Assembly (NCBI GenBank): GCA_040954595.2
Contig: CM082583.2
Coordinates: 9,162,254 to 9,226,253 of the forward strand
DNA: 64,000 bases
Reading direction: 5' to 3'
DNA from: Balanoglossus misakiensis
Lineage: Eukaryota; Animalia; Hemichordata
The notes beneath the pieces were generated by a model. That model was not told where the DNA came from, ran no database searches, and was given only the letters and a program-made list of their open reading frames with translations. A program made the translations under genes and the position numbers. This document shows, one piece after another, positions 47,672 through 59,800 of this stretch (positions within the stretch are counted from its first letter, which is position 1; every line of letters begins with the position of its first letter).

Positions 47672-50494
47672 GAAAAAGAAATAACCATTTGCGTTTCAGG
47701 TAAAAGAGCGATATGTTCAAACACAGTTTCTATGAACACGTCAACTCTCATTCCACGACAAATGACTTTTTCTCCCCTCTCCTCGGCAAAAAATAGATCG
47801 GTCCAATAAAATATTGATTTATGACAGAGTAGAAATTTATGAAGACATTCAATTAAATTATTATATCTAATATAAAAAAACTGGTCTGTACCATCCCGAG
47901 AAAGATTATCCAAACAATGGATATTTATGACTCTGCAGGGACGACAGTTGATGGTCCTTTGATGGCCTTCACCTGAACTCTGTTACCGGGGAACAATAAA
48001 CATCGAGATCTTTCTCCTTTTGTACGATATTGTCTATTTTGTGAAATCCTCGGTCGGTTTATTGAAACAGCCAGGAAAAGGAAAAGGAAAAGTATGGAAT
48101 ATTATTACCTTATATTTTTGAGAGAGAAATAATTGTATTTGGATTCTTGTGTCATTTTATTCCGAGAAAATATATTTAAGCCTCAGCGGACGAGAGCGCC
48201 TACTTCAAGTGTTAAATTTTAAACTCCGGTTAGAAGACTGCTTTTATTTTACGATTCACAAATCATTAGCTATTGATAAAATATATATTAAGCCCCATTA
48301 ATTTTACACAAATGTTGATATTAGGACCGTCTTGCACGGGTTTCGTTTTTTTGGCCGAGATAAGATAGAAGCGTCGTCGCAGATGCACTACTGGTCTTGC
48401 AGAATTACCCCCACTGTGCGAAAGGTCCCCCATGGCCATCATCGGTAAAAGATTTTCGGGTGTGACGAACTATGTCATCAAGCATATTGAAATTTATGAA
48501 ATTATTTGATTTCTATCAATTTTGTCACCATTGACGACACTAGTCTGTACAGAGGTGAATTCTACCCAGCGTCCTCTAGCGGCGACTACTCCGTTTTGCA
48601 GGCACTTGTAACCAATTTCTGTCCGGAACAGATGTCTTCAGCCACTGCAAATGCGTCGATCATAGCGATGCCAAAGGCCTTTGATCAATTATTCGACAAT
48701 TTTCAAACTTGACGAACTATTTTTGATGTTTTGTTACTCTGAAATATTCCAGTCGCGGGAGAGGCTACCCTCACCACGAACCGTGACCTTTACAAGTTCC
48801 TGATGATGTCATCACTAGCATACATGTGAAAGGTCACTTCGGGTGACTCGCCCAAAACAGGCACGAACACAAACAAAACGCAATAAAGACATGTTGATTT
48901 TTTAAATAGTGAAATATCATTCTACTTCAACAATAACTTTAGGTCAGAGTTGAAGGCATGACTTTTAGCCTGCATGCTGTCTACATATTTTCGTTTTATT
49001 TTAATATTTATTCTGCAGCCTGGTACAATTCATGGATTCGAACGGACTGTATTTCACGACGACAGTATTTCGTGGGCATCGTCTGTAACTCGTGTAACTA
49101 GCTATTCCACGTATTGACTTGAAGTTCGACACTTTCTCCTGTCTGGAGGCAATTTCTGTTACCATGACTGATGTGGAGAAGTGATTTCGCAGGAAACATC
49201 GCGGTGCAAATCACCAAGTCTTCTTCGATCACGTGATCAAGAAACGGTGTGGTTCTTAGGAATATTTCAGTCGGTTAAAGGTAACGCACACAAAACCGAG
49301 GGATGGACGGAAAATTTTCGTCGTTCCATGCTAAGAAAATTTGCCTAGGCATACTTGCCCTGTGCATACATGTATGCTTTAGTTATAATTCGTGCAATGT
49401 GTGATACAGTTTATACTCCAGGTGTAGTGGCATTCCGGTTTGGTCAACGGACTCTTATACGTATACTAAGCACTGCACGCAAGTAGTGTGACAAGCAGGT
49501 GGCGACTGTCTCAACAGACAAGGGGTGGAGGCGTTAAATTGTCTTTTGGTCCCTGGATTATCATGTTGTTTGTAATATGTAGCTTTATATCCCCTGGTGT
49601 ATCCACAAAACACCTCAATATCACGTATAAGGGCGATACTACAGCCTTCGTAATAGTTGCAGCTTTGTGGTATTTATCTGGCGTGATGCAGATAGGACCT
49701 CCACAACGTTTGGACATGTACCGCGGCCTCCGTTGAAAACAGACACAGTACTACCATCGGTAAAAAGTACAGTCACCCACTGCCGGTGTCACAGGCCATG
49801 GTCAAGTTCATTGTACCCATGCCATTCCCAGTTTCAGTAACCTTCTGGGGTATCTAAGCATGCTAACTGATATTTCGCGTTCTACTGCCTATTTTATTGA
49901 TGAACCTGTTTGTAAGGCAGCGTAGCTAGGCACTAATATTCTCGTTTGAATCTGTGCATTCGAATACAACATTAGTACAGTAAATTAATTCTCGTCGTTC
50001 AGTTGATCTCGATCGATGGCTCCGTTCTGTCTGTTTTGGGTGCTGTAAAACCCAACCGTCCTTCAAATTCTGTCCGAACGACAATAAAGTTGCCATCGGA
50101 TTTTATGACGGGGCCATTCAGAGAGGCCTCTCGAGTGGTTTGCAAACTTCTTCACAGAAAAAATCAGCTTTTTACGAGGTAATTGCATCAAAAAGATAGA
50201 AGTGGTAAGTGAAGATTTGACGATCTTGACCCCTGAGTCATCATGTCCGTGGAACTCGTATGCTTTTACTCAAAGCGAGGTCCCTGACCATGCGCAGTAG
50301 CTACCCAAGCTACTCAACTCACACCCAGACACCTGTTGCATAATGTAATTATTATGCATAGTCGAATTTTTATTAAACGTATTAACACAAAATATTTTGA
50401 TTTAAAAAGTCACACATTATGTTTTTCTCGTCAATGCCTCCGCCTTCTGTCTCAAAATAATGCCAAATGAGAAACTCTTATATAAAGTCCTCGT

Positions 50495-51787
50495 TCAATT
50501 TTTTCGCATTTTTGCCTCGGTCGTCTTCTGGCGAATTTTATCCCTCATTTCTCTGAGATAAGTAGCCCGGTCTTTCATATTTGACCTTCGTTCCGCAAAT
50601 CTTAACTCCGCTTCCATGAAATCGTCAAGCTTCTTCTTGACTGAACTATCTTGCAGTTTCCCACCGGAACAAATGGGTTCGTACGTCTTGGCGTCGAAAC
50701 CTTCCTTCGCTGACGTAACGTCCGGCGATTTGGGGTCCCTCAACGACGCCTCGATCTCCTCTCGGGTGAATTTCCTTCCCATGTTTCCAAGACCAGTTCC
50801 CGTCACACCGAAGCCCCCTTCCCCTTTAACCGTTTCTCGCTGAAAGTTTTTTTCGGGAGAAATCAGGTTTATTTCTCGGCAATTCTGGAAGGCCGTCGTC
50901 ATTCGCGATTGGTCTCTGATGTCTGGTGCGTCAAACTTCTGGTAGCTGAAGAACTTTGCGTTTGTTTTAAGTCCCTGGCTGCCGCTCTCCACTTTCTTGC
51001 TCTCGTCCCGGGATGGTAGATCAACGTCGTTTGTTTTTGTCACGTTGATTCTGAAGTCATCCTCCGAGACAACCCCACTGTCAGACGCCGATCGCGATGC
51101 TTCGGACTCCGTCGACTCGGACGTGGATGATGAGCATTCGCCGGCGCCGAGGCCCAGTGCATTTCCGTTCGCTCTCACAACGACTTCTAACGGGTCGTCA
51201 ACGTTTGCCGCCCCAAGCTCCGCCGACTTCGCTGCTGCAACGGGCACATCTATATCCGTCGAATCTGAACTTGGGGTGGCCTTCGGGGTCACAGCTGAGG
51301 GTCGCGTCCCTGCCTCGCCGTCTTCTTTCTCAACGGCAGTGATGGCAGCCTCTATTAGCTTTTCTAAGCTATCAATTTCTGGGGACACGTTTTCCCCTTC
51401 GCTTTTTCCCGGCCCGCCTCGCTGAACGGCCGGGCCCCCGTTCGGTGAACTACCGTTCTTCTCGGCTACCGACTCTCCCTCCGGAAGACTTTCGGGCAAA
51501 TCTTTCTCAGTGACAAAGTTTGCTTTCGGCGGACCATCCGTCAAGTCTGGATGTGTGACCTGATCTATTTCTTGGGTGTTACATGGAAAGACTTGGTCAA
51601 CAGGCAAGGCGTCCTTCGTCGTACCAACAGAGTCAGTCACTGGTTCTCTGCTGTCGCTCGTTTCCCCGGTAACGTCGTCCGTTTTCATGGAGTTTTCGGT
51701 TGAATCACCTGCACCCGTGCATATACTAGGCATATGTCCGGTTGTTTTCCCCTTCGACTTGTTGTTCTTCGAGAAACCAGATCCCAT
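50495..51787 (-). CDS. Uncharacterised ~430-aa protein: N-myristoylation motif, long acidic disordered body, charged C-terminal helix/coiled coil
   Basis: Long open frame; first ATG at 51787 gives MGSGFSKNNKSKGK (MGxxxS plus basic patch). A pyrimidine tract/AG acceptor (TTTTCTTTTGAAG, AG at 51815-51814) lies just upstream, implying a 5'UTR intron. C-terminus KKKLDDFMEAELRFAERRSNMKDRATYLREMRDKIRQK. Confidence 0.75.
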   Translation of the reverse strand: MGSGFSKNNKSKGKTTGHMPSICTGAGDSTENSMKTDDVTGETSDSREPVTDSVGTTKDALPVDQVFPCNTQEIDQVTHPDLTDGPPKANFVTEKDLPESLPEGESVAEKNGSSPNGGPAVQRGGPGKSEGENVSPEIDSLEKLIEAAITAVEKEDGEAGTRPSAVTPKATPSSDSTDIDVPVAAAKSAELGAANVDDPLEVVVRANGNALGLGAGECSSSTSESTESEASRSASDSGVVSEDDFRINVTKTNDVDLPSRDESKKVESGSQGLKTNAKFFSYQKFDAPDIRDQSRMTTAFQNCREINLISPEKNFQRETVKGEGGFGVTGTGLGNMGRKFTREEIEASLRDPKSPDVTSAKEGFDAKTYEPICSGGKLQDSSVKKKLDDFMEAELRFAERRSNMKDRATYLREMRDKIRQKTTEAKMRKN

Positions 51788-54486
51788 GATTTCTAATCGC
51801 TTGAGTGATGCACCTTCAAAAGAAAAATAGTTTCCGTCGGTTCCGTTGTGTGCAGTCGAACACGGAGTGTATCGGCCGTTAGCGTCGCGAAGGTGCAAAT
51901 GGAACGTCGTAAGATCCAAATGTTCGGTAAAAAGTGTCGCTTCGTTGGAGCGTTCGAATATTCATTCCTTTGGAATAATACCACCGCGCTGGGAAGGAAC
52001 CGCCGGGACGAGTCTGCATCACATATACCACAGAAACAGGACAGACCTGACATTGTGATTCTAAAGTTAGATTTTATTTGATAATTTTCATTTAAAACGT
52101 TCAACTCGATGAAGGGTATTAACAATGAACTCTTTGTGAGAAAAATCGCAATCCTGACCGCAGTTCAGGTAATTCTAACACGATGTCCAACTCTATATAT
52201 GTGATGCAAGAAAATAAAAGAACTCAAAATAAAAATTGACTTAGATAATAAGACGTCTAGCTATATTTTGACGGCGATGCAGGCTTAAAAACCAACAACA
52301 CCACTGGCTATGAGTTGTGGCGGAGCGGGTTGATGTCGATGACCGCCCTCTTACAAAGAAAACCAGAGGATCTTTTGTTTTCATGCTGGTCTTCCTGCCG
52401 TGCCAGATCTCTACTCAGGCTGTTGTACCACGTGACGTGGGACGTGATTTTAACAAATTAGATTACCGGTTGAAAAATCAAATCTCGACAGATTTATTGC
52501 ACAGTGAATAAATAATTTTGAAAACAAACAATAAAATACAACTGCATCTGACAGGTGTAAATGTACTTTAAATGTTAGCTTCTAAGCTTAGCCTATGTAT
52601 TAACACTGAATTTTTTCGAATTTCGCAGACTGAGATTCTACTATTTTGACTACAATCTATGGTGCTGATTAGGGAACAATATAGTATTCTCAGGTTTAAG
52701 CTCGTATTGTGAAGACTTTTTAAATTGATTATGTGGGTGAATACCCGTCAAACTGCACAATGGCATTAGAACATACTGTCAGAATCTATGTCTAGTAATA
52801 GTATGAAAGTGCTCATTTAAATTGGGTATATTGCTTCTGCTTGTCTTAATGCAAAAATCCCGAATCTCCGCGGCAACAGACTTGATTTGCGATGCGACTG
52901 AGGTTGATACCAAGTTTTCAGGAAAGTCACGTTATATACACACACTAGTTTTTACTTTGAACTCCGCATCGGGCCGCGTGTCACGTTTTGCTCCGAGTCA
53001 TTGATGAGCGCACGTGCCACCAAGACAGCAGATTGAAATAGTAAAATGTCTACCAGTCCTGAGATGATTGTTGACACTTTAAAATTCTATCCTTGAAGCG
53101 ACCTACGTTACTTCCCCTTACCTAATTCCGTATATGAAGCCGTTATTTACACGCATTATGCGCCGATAAACTTGAGTCTAGCTATATGAACGTTATTGGA
53201 ACATAACGTTAAATGAAGCCCAATATTTGAGAACGTCTGGGCACTCTTAACTGACTACATTAATTACATTAATTCAAAACATCTATAAAAGTTTTATAAA
53301 AAGATGTTCTCTCTTCTGTGAACTTTGTACCGCATCTGATTTGCATCGATGAGTGGCATTGCCATGATTCGCTGGTGAACAGAACACGGTATGACGTCAT
53401 TGTAAACAAATGGTTGACAAGTTTTAAAATAAAATCTGTAATTTCGGAAATTGAGATGTGTTTTATATTGCATTAGATATTGTCTTCTCTCATTCATCCG
53501 GGCACATTACATCCACTCTGTCAAGAAAATGAAATACTGTGGATGGTAGCTACATGTAGGTTTTGATCGCACGTGACGAAGAGTCTCGCACGGTGAGTGT
53601 GACGCCGCGCGCGCACGTATGGTGATCGGGGTGCAGATATCACGTAAATTGCACAATTATTCAGAGATCAGTCTCCGCGAATCGTTCTATCTCTTCCTTA
53701 GAAGAGTAAAAATGCCAGTATTTAGTTACTTTTAATTTACACCTAGGACTAAGAGACGTCACGGCTAGAAAAAAAAACAGTAAACGTGCTGTATGTGCTT
53801 AAACTGTTGATCTAGTGGTGCATTTTTTTCTTGAAGAACGCCAATTATGGTAGTGAAACATCAGACTGTCCGTACATCGTCTGAGGTTTACTCAATTTTC
53901 CCTGCCCTCGTAGTAAATCTGATCAATTATATCAAAATTAGAATGCCTCTGTGTTCATGCTCAGCCTATCGCAAACTCCTGAATTTCTTGTCTGATCCTA
54001 AAATCTACGCCAGACTATGACCGTCGGCCTAATCGAGCAATTTCAAACTCTCCTTTTTCCCGCGGGGCTGAGTGGTTCACAGTCCAGTTGCGTGCTCCTT
54101 AAGTGACAGGGACTTCGCGAAAATTCTTGAATAGTGCAGAGCAGACATTCACAGAGTAAAGTCTGAATGTTTGACTTTTGATATTTCTTGTAGTGTGCAT
54201 GGCATGCATAAGATGGTTTGGATTGCGGCGTCGGTGGTGTAAACTAAGCCGCGTTTCAAGATATGCAATGTGCAACATTACAGCAACTTTTTATAGCTTC
54301 TCAGAGTCCTCGAGCTCAATTCAAGATTTGAGATTTGATATACTCAGAATAAGATTGCTCGGTAAAAACATTCAACTGACTATCGCTCACATCCCTGACT
54401 GCACTGACTACAAACGCACGTCTCCCTCGTGGCCTAAATTGGCCTACACCACTAAATTCCGTAGATTCCGTTATACATATCAGGCA

Positions 54487-54509
54487 ACCGACCGACCGAC
54501 CGACCGACC
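54487..54509. repeat. (ACCG)n microsatellite
   Basis: ACCGACCGACCGACCGACCGACC. Confidence 0.85.
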
Positions 54510-54823
54510 TACCAAATGATTTCACGGGAGAACCTTGACGATGCGATTTTGCCCCGTCGCATCCTCGATGACGATGGGGTAAACCGTTTCTGCAAAATCC
54601 CCGGATGTTTCTATTTCGCGCATGTCATTTACAAGATACAACGGAGAATGTTTGGCGTGACCTACATTTTTGTGTGCAGAAGTTTCTATTTCAGTATAAG
54701 CGCGACAACATATAAGAAATCCGCGACGATTTTAGTGTGTGTGTGTTTTTTCTAATGTTGCGTTATACGGGCGATAGAAATTGAATACTATATCATTACA
54801 TTACAGTTTGGAAGAGATTGAGT

Positions 54824-55572
54824 TTATGGATATTTTGACGACATTTTACGAATTTTGCCCTCCCCAGACATGTCAAAAGTGTTCTGGTTGAGCGCGAACT
54901 TGTCCCGCCTTCTCTTGGTCGCCAACAAATCACTGAGATGTCGCAACCTCACAAGCAGAAGGTTGAATATACACGACATGATCACCATGCCAATGATGAT
55001 GTACCAGATGAGAAGAGCAAATTCGGCGTGTCGGATGTACTCCTCCTCTTTCTTGGTGATGTTGAAATTAATATTGCCGATGTTCAGGTCGTCCGACAGC
55101 TTCTGCGTCAAGTCTTTGATCTTCAGCAGGCCGCCATCTTGGCCCTCGCCGTAAGCCGGTACCAAATCCCCGAAACCTATTGTCGTGAACGTGACCACGA
55201 CGAAGTACAGGGCGTCGACGATGTTCCAACCTTTGGCTTTCTGCAACACGTAGAACATCCCGGAGCCCGCTCCCATGTACAGGATGAACACCACGATGAA
55301 CGGGCTGATGGGTATGTCGGCATCCGACTGTTGCTCGTCTTCCTTTTGCCCGTTGCCCTTCTTGCTCTGTCTCGACGACGCGTTTCGACCTGTGGCGCTA
55401 AATCCTCGCCTCTTCTTCCTCCCGCAACATTTCTTGTGGCACTTCCGGATCGCGTTCACCAAGATGTCGCCCAGTTTGGCCAGGAAGATCAGAAATAAGG
55501 GTATGCCTACCACTGCATAGACCATGCAGGCAATCTTCCCCATCATCGTTTTAGGAACCATTCCTCCGTAAC
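54824..55572 (-). CDS. KCNK: Two-pore-domain potassium channel (K2P, TWK/TRESK-like), last coding exon (end of P1, M2, M3, P2, M4, C-tail)
   Basis: Acceptor AAATACAG (AG at 55574-55573), then (G)YGGMVPKT..GK..C..YA..GIPL (P1 filter and M2), DALYFVVVTFTTIGFGDLVP (P2), YIIIGM (M4), TAA at 54826-54824. No upstream exon recognised in 55.6-64 kb. Confidence 0.93.
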
Positions 55573-56787
55573 CTGTATTTCAAAAAGAAAGAAAGGCTGA
55601 GAATTGTTGCTACGTGATACTTTCACATTTCTTTGGGTATTTTCTAGTATATGTATAAGAGTAGGCACGGATAAGAATGCGAACGATAGTTGCCCAAAGA
55701 ACGCGCGGGAGAAATTGTGTGAGATGTCGCCCTCTAACGGCTGACTCTCAGTTGTGCATGTGCCATTGAGGTAATCCCGAATGCAGTGGTAGTACTGATC
55801 TGCCTACATGGATGATAAATATGCGAAAATTGTCGTTCAATTAGCTCGATTGCCGTGACAATTTATGTCGAACGCTTTTTCCGTATAATTAATTTTATCC
55901 TCGTATTGCGAACGAGTTGCCCCTTGCATTTGACCTTGTGGATCAATAGATATATTTCTCTAACAAATGACTGTCCAAGGATAGCAAGTCCCAGTTGCAA
56001 ACGAACCTAATGAATCCGTAAATTTTCAGCTGACGTTCAATTTGAGGGCGGCTTATTTATGCAATATCGCACTCGTGATTATTCCCGAGAGATTTTCTAC
56101 AAAGTTCCGGGCCCGATCTCTTCGACAAAACGAAACGCCCGGCATGGTTGTTTGGTAATTTATTTAACACGTATTTGATTTCCCTCAACAGATGTCGTAA
56201 ATTTCCCGCCCAAACGACAAGTGAAAATATCTACACTTGATATAACAGGATATAAAAAGGCCAGAAAAGAGTCTCAGATGTACATCGTAAAAATCGCGTT
56301 GTCCTACTACTGTCACATTGTCTCTTTTTTTGCGAACTCTCGCGAGAGTATGCCTCTAACAAACATGACTCAGGGAAACAAAGCCATAAAAATCGAGGAT
56401 TTTTGTAGACATATCAGAAGCATTCTGGAATCGTAGTATGCGACTGCGTGAGGATTTAACGGTTGAGGCAAATATTTATTCAATTCTTCACATGTTCCTA
56501 GTATGTGCCTTACACGTCTCCAGGGCGATAGAAATAATAAAAAGCAAGCAAGGACATGTAATTTAAGCATTAGTCTTAATGGCGGTCAATTCTCAGCGGT
56601 ACAGCACAAAATACCAGCCTCATAAACACTAATGAGATTGCTAATGAAGGCTACCTTAGAAAGCTAATTTGATGACTTGTTAATTTGTACAAATAACGTT
56701 TCGACATTAACGAGATTTTCTAGAGAGAAAAAAAACATGTACAGACAATGACATTGTGAACGACTAGTTCATTGTTTTTCATTGTTA

Positions 56788-56818
56788 GATTGATTGATCG
56801 ATCGATCGATTGATTGAT
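56788..56818. repeat. (GATT/GATC)n microsatellite
   Basis: AGATTGATTGATCGATCGATCGATTGATTGA. Confidence 0.75.
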
Positions 56819-59800
56819 GGATCAGTATACACGGTCTGGTGTTGAAAAGCCGGCAGTTTGTTTTGTGCGTGACATTTATGATTGTATAAGCGTTTTGTAT
56901 ATACATGTACATTCATTTGTCGTGCAAAGTTCGGGCGAACTCTCCCAACCTTTCATTTTGTGCGAATCATTCAAACGTGCGTTAGGCGAGGTTAACTGAA
57001 ACGACGACAGCCAAACAATAAATTTAATCCCGCCAAAATTCCATTTGCATTGCCATTTATCCGTCAAGTCAATCAATCTATGGGAGACGCAACATATGAA
57101 ATCACCCCCCGAAGTCAGAAATGACAAACGGATGAAGCCATATTCGATATTGCATCAACTCTGCCAAAAAGCCAATGAATCTGGGATCGTGTGTCTCCGC
57201 AGGAAGGCGTAACAACCCAACACGTGTCTTCGGGAGACCGCCGCGCGCGGGACCAGCCTCATCAATACACTCAGTGAAAACCCGACGTGGCTGTTGTCAT
57301 GGTTATGCCACTTTCCAATTGCGCAATACCTCCAAAGAATGTCTGTGCAGAACCTCTCCCGTCGCGAATTATGGCAACACATCCGTTCACTGAGGACCCT
57401 ATTGGTCATGACGAACCCAAGCTGTTTGATCGGGAATATTACATTCATTTCAAAGGCACGTTTCTATATCAATTTAGCTCGAACATACCGAGTCTTAAAT
57501 CCAATAAGGTTATTTTTGAAATAACATGATTCTGTTTATACACAGTACGTGATGATATGTGAAATGTCAGGATTTCCAAAGTATTTTTTGCATAATTATG
57601 CAGTGGCAATATGCCGAACCACGATCGCTACATCAACACCGTCGCCGTCACTCTATTTGAAGGCGTCAGGTGCTAATAGTTCAATCACTGCAAACTAACA
57701 CACAACACCAATAATCGACGAAATCTGTTTTGAATATCGGACAAACGACAGGCTGTCTGAGATTGAATGGATCACGTGACAAATCCGACGAGTCAGTGAA
57801 TATTTCGTTGCCGTGGAACTTTTCAGAGGGTCTGTGCGTCGCCATGTTACTGCTTGGGTCTAAAAATCACGAACATATGCAAACAAATAAAACTTGACGT
57901 AACTTTGTCTGTCATATTTCAGCGTATTCATTGCCAACATATCTATCCAATTACAGTCTGTCGATGTTAAAACCGGTTTGTTTAGCGGTACACAAGAAGA
58001 TGAGATGTCCAAGTCAATAAATTCAGTTGTATAGACTTTCTCCGACGAAGACAATTCTTGTGAACGCGCATTGGAAACGCCAGTGTCATCAAATTCCAGT
58101 TTATGCGCATGTCAGGCATCTGCTCAGAAGCCGTTCAGCATCACCGACAGTGCGCATGCGGGCAAACTCAACTCGAGCAGTCACATTCTACTGTCAGGGT
58201 TATTTGATCGGCTGAGAGCTTGTTGAGAAAGAAGTAAAATACAATTCAAATGAGCACACGTAATATAAATGTCATCAGTTTCGTCTCATCCCGAATGAGC
58301 ACTACCCTCGACAACTCATAACGGAGCGACTGTCTCGCCTGGGGAATTGAAAACAAATGAGAAACGCGGACGTAGATTTTTTTGCAAGTGTCACTGCCGT
58401 CGAGAATACGAATATTATGCGAGAATACGAATAACGTGTAAAGAGTGACAGACAAACTGATGGATGAAAATCCACATGAATAGAACCGAACTGTCTCTGT
58501 TCTCACAAAGAAGGCGCCACTGCCAACAACGGTCCTGCAGAATTGCATATTAAGACTAATTTTCCACCCTTTGATGAGGACATCACAAACCTAATAGAGC
58601 GAGGGAGACAATATCAAGACAATAAATGCTAGTTTGCATTGGAACTATGAATTTTAACACCCGTGTTTGTTTTGGTGCATACTGAAATTTCCCATTACGC
58701 GCTTCTAATATTTGAGAAGTCAGTGATAAGAATTTTAAGCGACGGACCACAGCGGATAGGTCTGTAAAATAATCGCTTCAGGTGCGCCTCTGCTTTCTTT
58801 GGCGTGCAAAGCGTTATCGCAGTTTTCAATGGCTGTGAGCTTGAGATAAACATCTGTAAGTAAACGCTAGATTGCGAGATAACTTCTTTAGTAGGCCATG
58901 AAATCGTTGGCTTTGACGGTTCCCGCTTTTTTTGCACTTTCGCACGCGACCGGGGCGTGTAATGCTGACCTGATAAGATACCCGGGTGAACGTTTCCTGA
59001 TCAACGGTGACGGACTCGTTAAAAGCTCCTTCAACAACAGAGATACCACAGATGTGATAGCAGCAGACACTTTAAACTTAACCACGACGTATGCAAGCCA
59101 CACTCGACTCGCAATAATTCACAGACGCCGTATCTATCCACTACAACGTGATTCGGAAGTTATTCCACAAAAACGTATATTCAAATTTATGTAGATTCTG
59201 TGAGCAGAAGAACACACAGATAAGACGTAAAACGGGGATAGGATACGTGATGTGATTTTTTCCGGTTATTTCCCCGATTACAAGGGATCGAATTCCATTA
59301 TGGGAACATTAGTGATTGCTTGAGCAAACGCCACGCTCCTATGTACCCAAAGAATACGTAGTCCAAATATTCCCTATAGATTCCAATATTTATCTGGCTA
59401 TCTGTATACACAGAGCCAAACACACAAGCCCTCATCACCCGGGGCAATGAACGAAATCATAAATTTATTTTCGAAATTGAGGTCGACACAGTCCGATCCT
59501 AATTATTATGGTCCGCGGGGCAAAATTAGTAACATTATTTTCCTGTGTAATGAACCGTGAGAGGACAAGGCCACAAAAATGAACAAATGAAGTTCAGATG
59601 CCAGGGACTGGTAGGGTACGCATAATCAAATCAAGAAAGCAGCGTCGAAGGTCATAAGTGGCTTTTTGCGAGAAGCGACTCTCTCAGCATCAAGTTGATG
59701 TCGATACCAACGGTGTCGGTTGTTACGCGGACCAAACTTCTGCGTCAAAGGTAGGTAGATTAATGAGGGAATACGCATTGACAGGAATTCGCAGTTGGGA

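Noticed and set aside
51788-51919. N-terminal 44 codons of the 474-aa ORF
   Set aside because: Begins at a non-ATG codon and crosses a splice acceptor at 51814-51815; the ATG at 51787 gives a myristoylation consensus.
31580-55520. Antisense or alternative-frame ORFs overlapping the FABP, 430-aa and K2P genes (e.g. 31580-31981, 31695-32171, 39132-39524, 41126-41539, 50997-51425, 54938-55498)
   Set aside because: Shadow ORFs caused by GC-rich codon usage of the real genes; no independent motifs.
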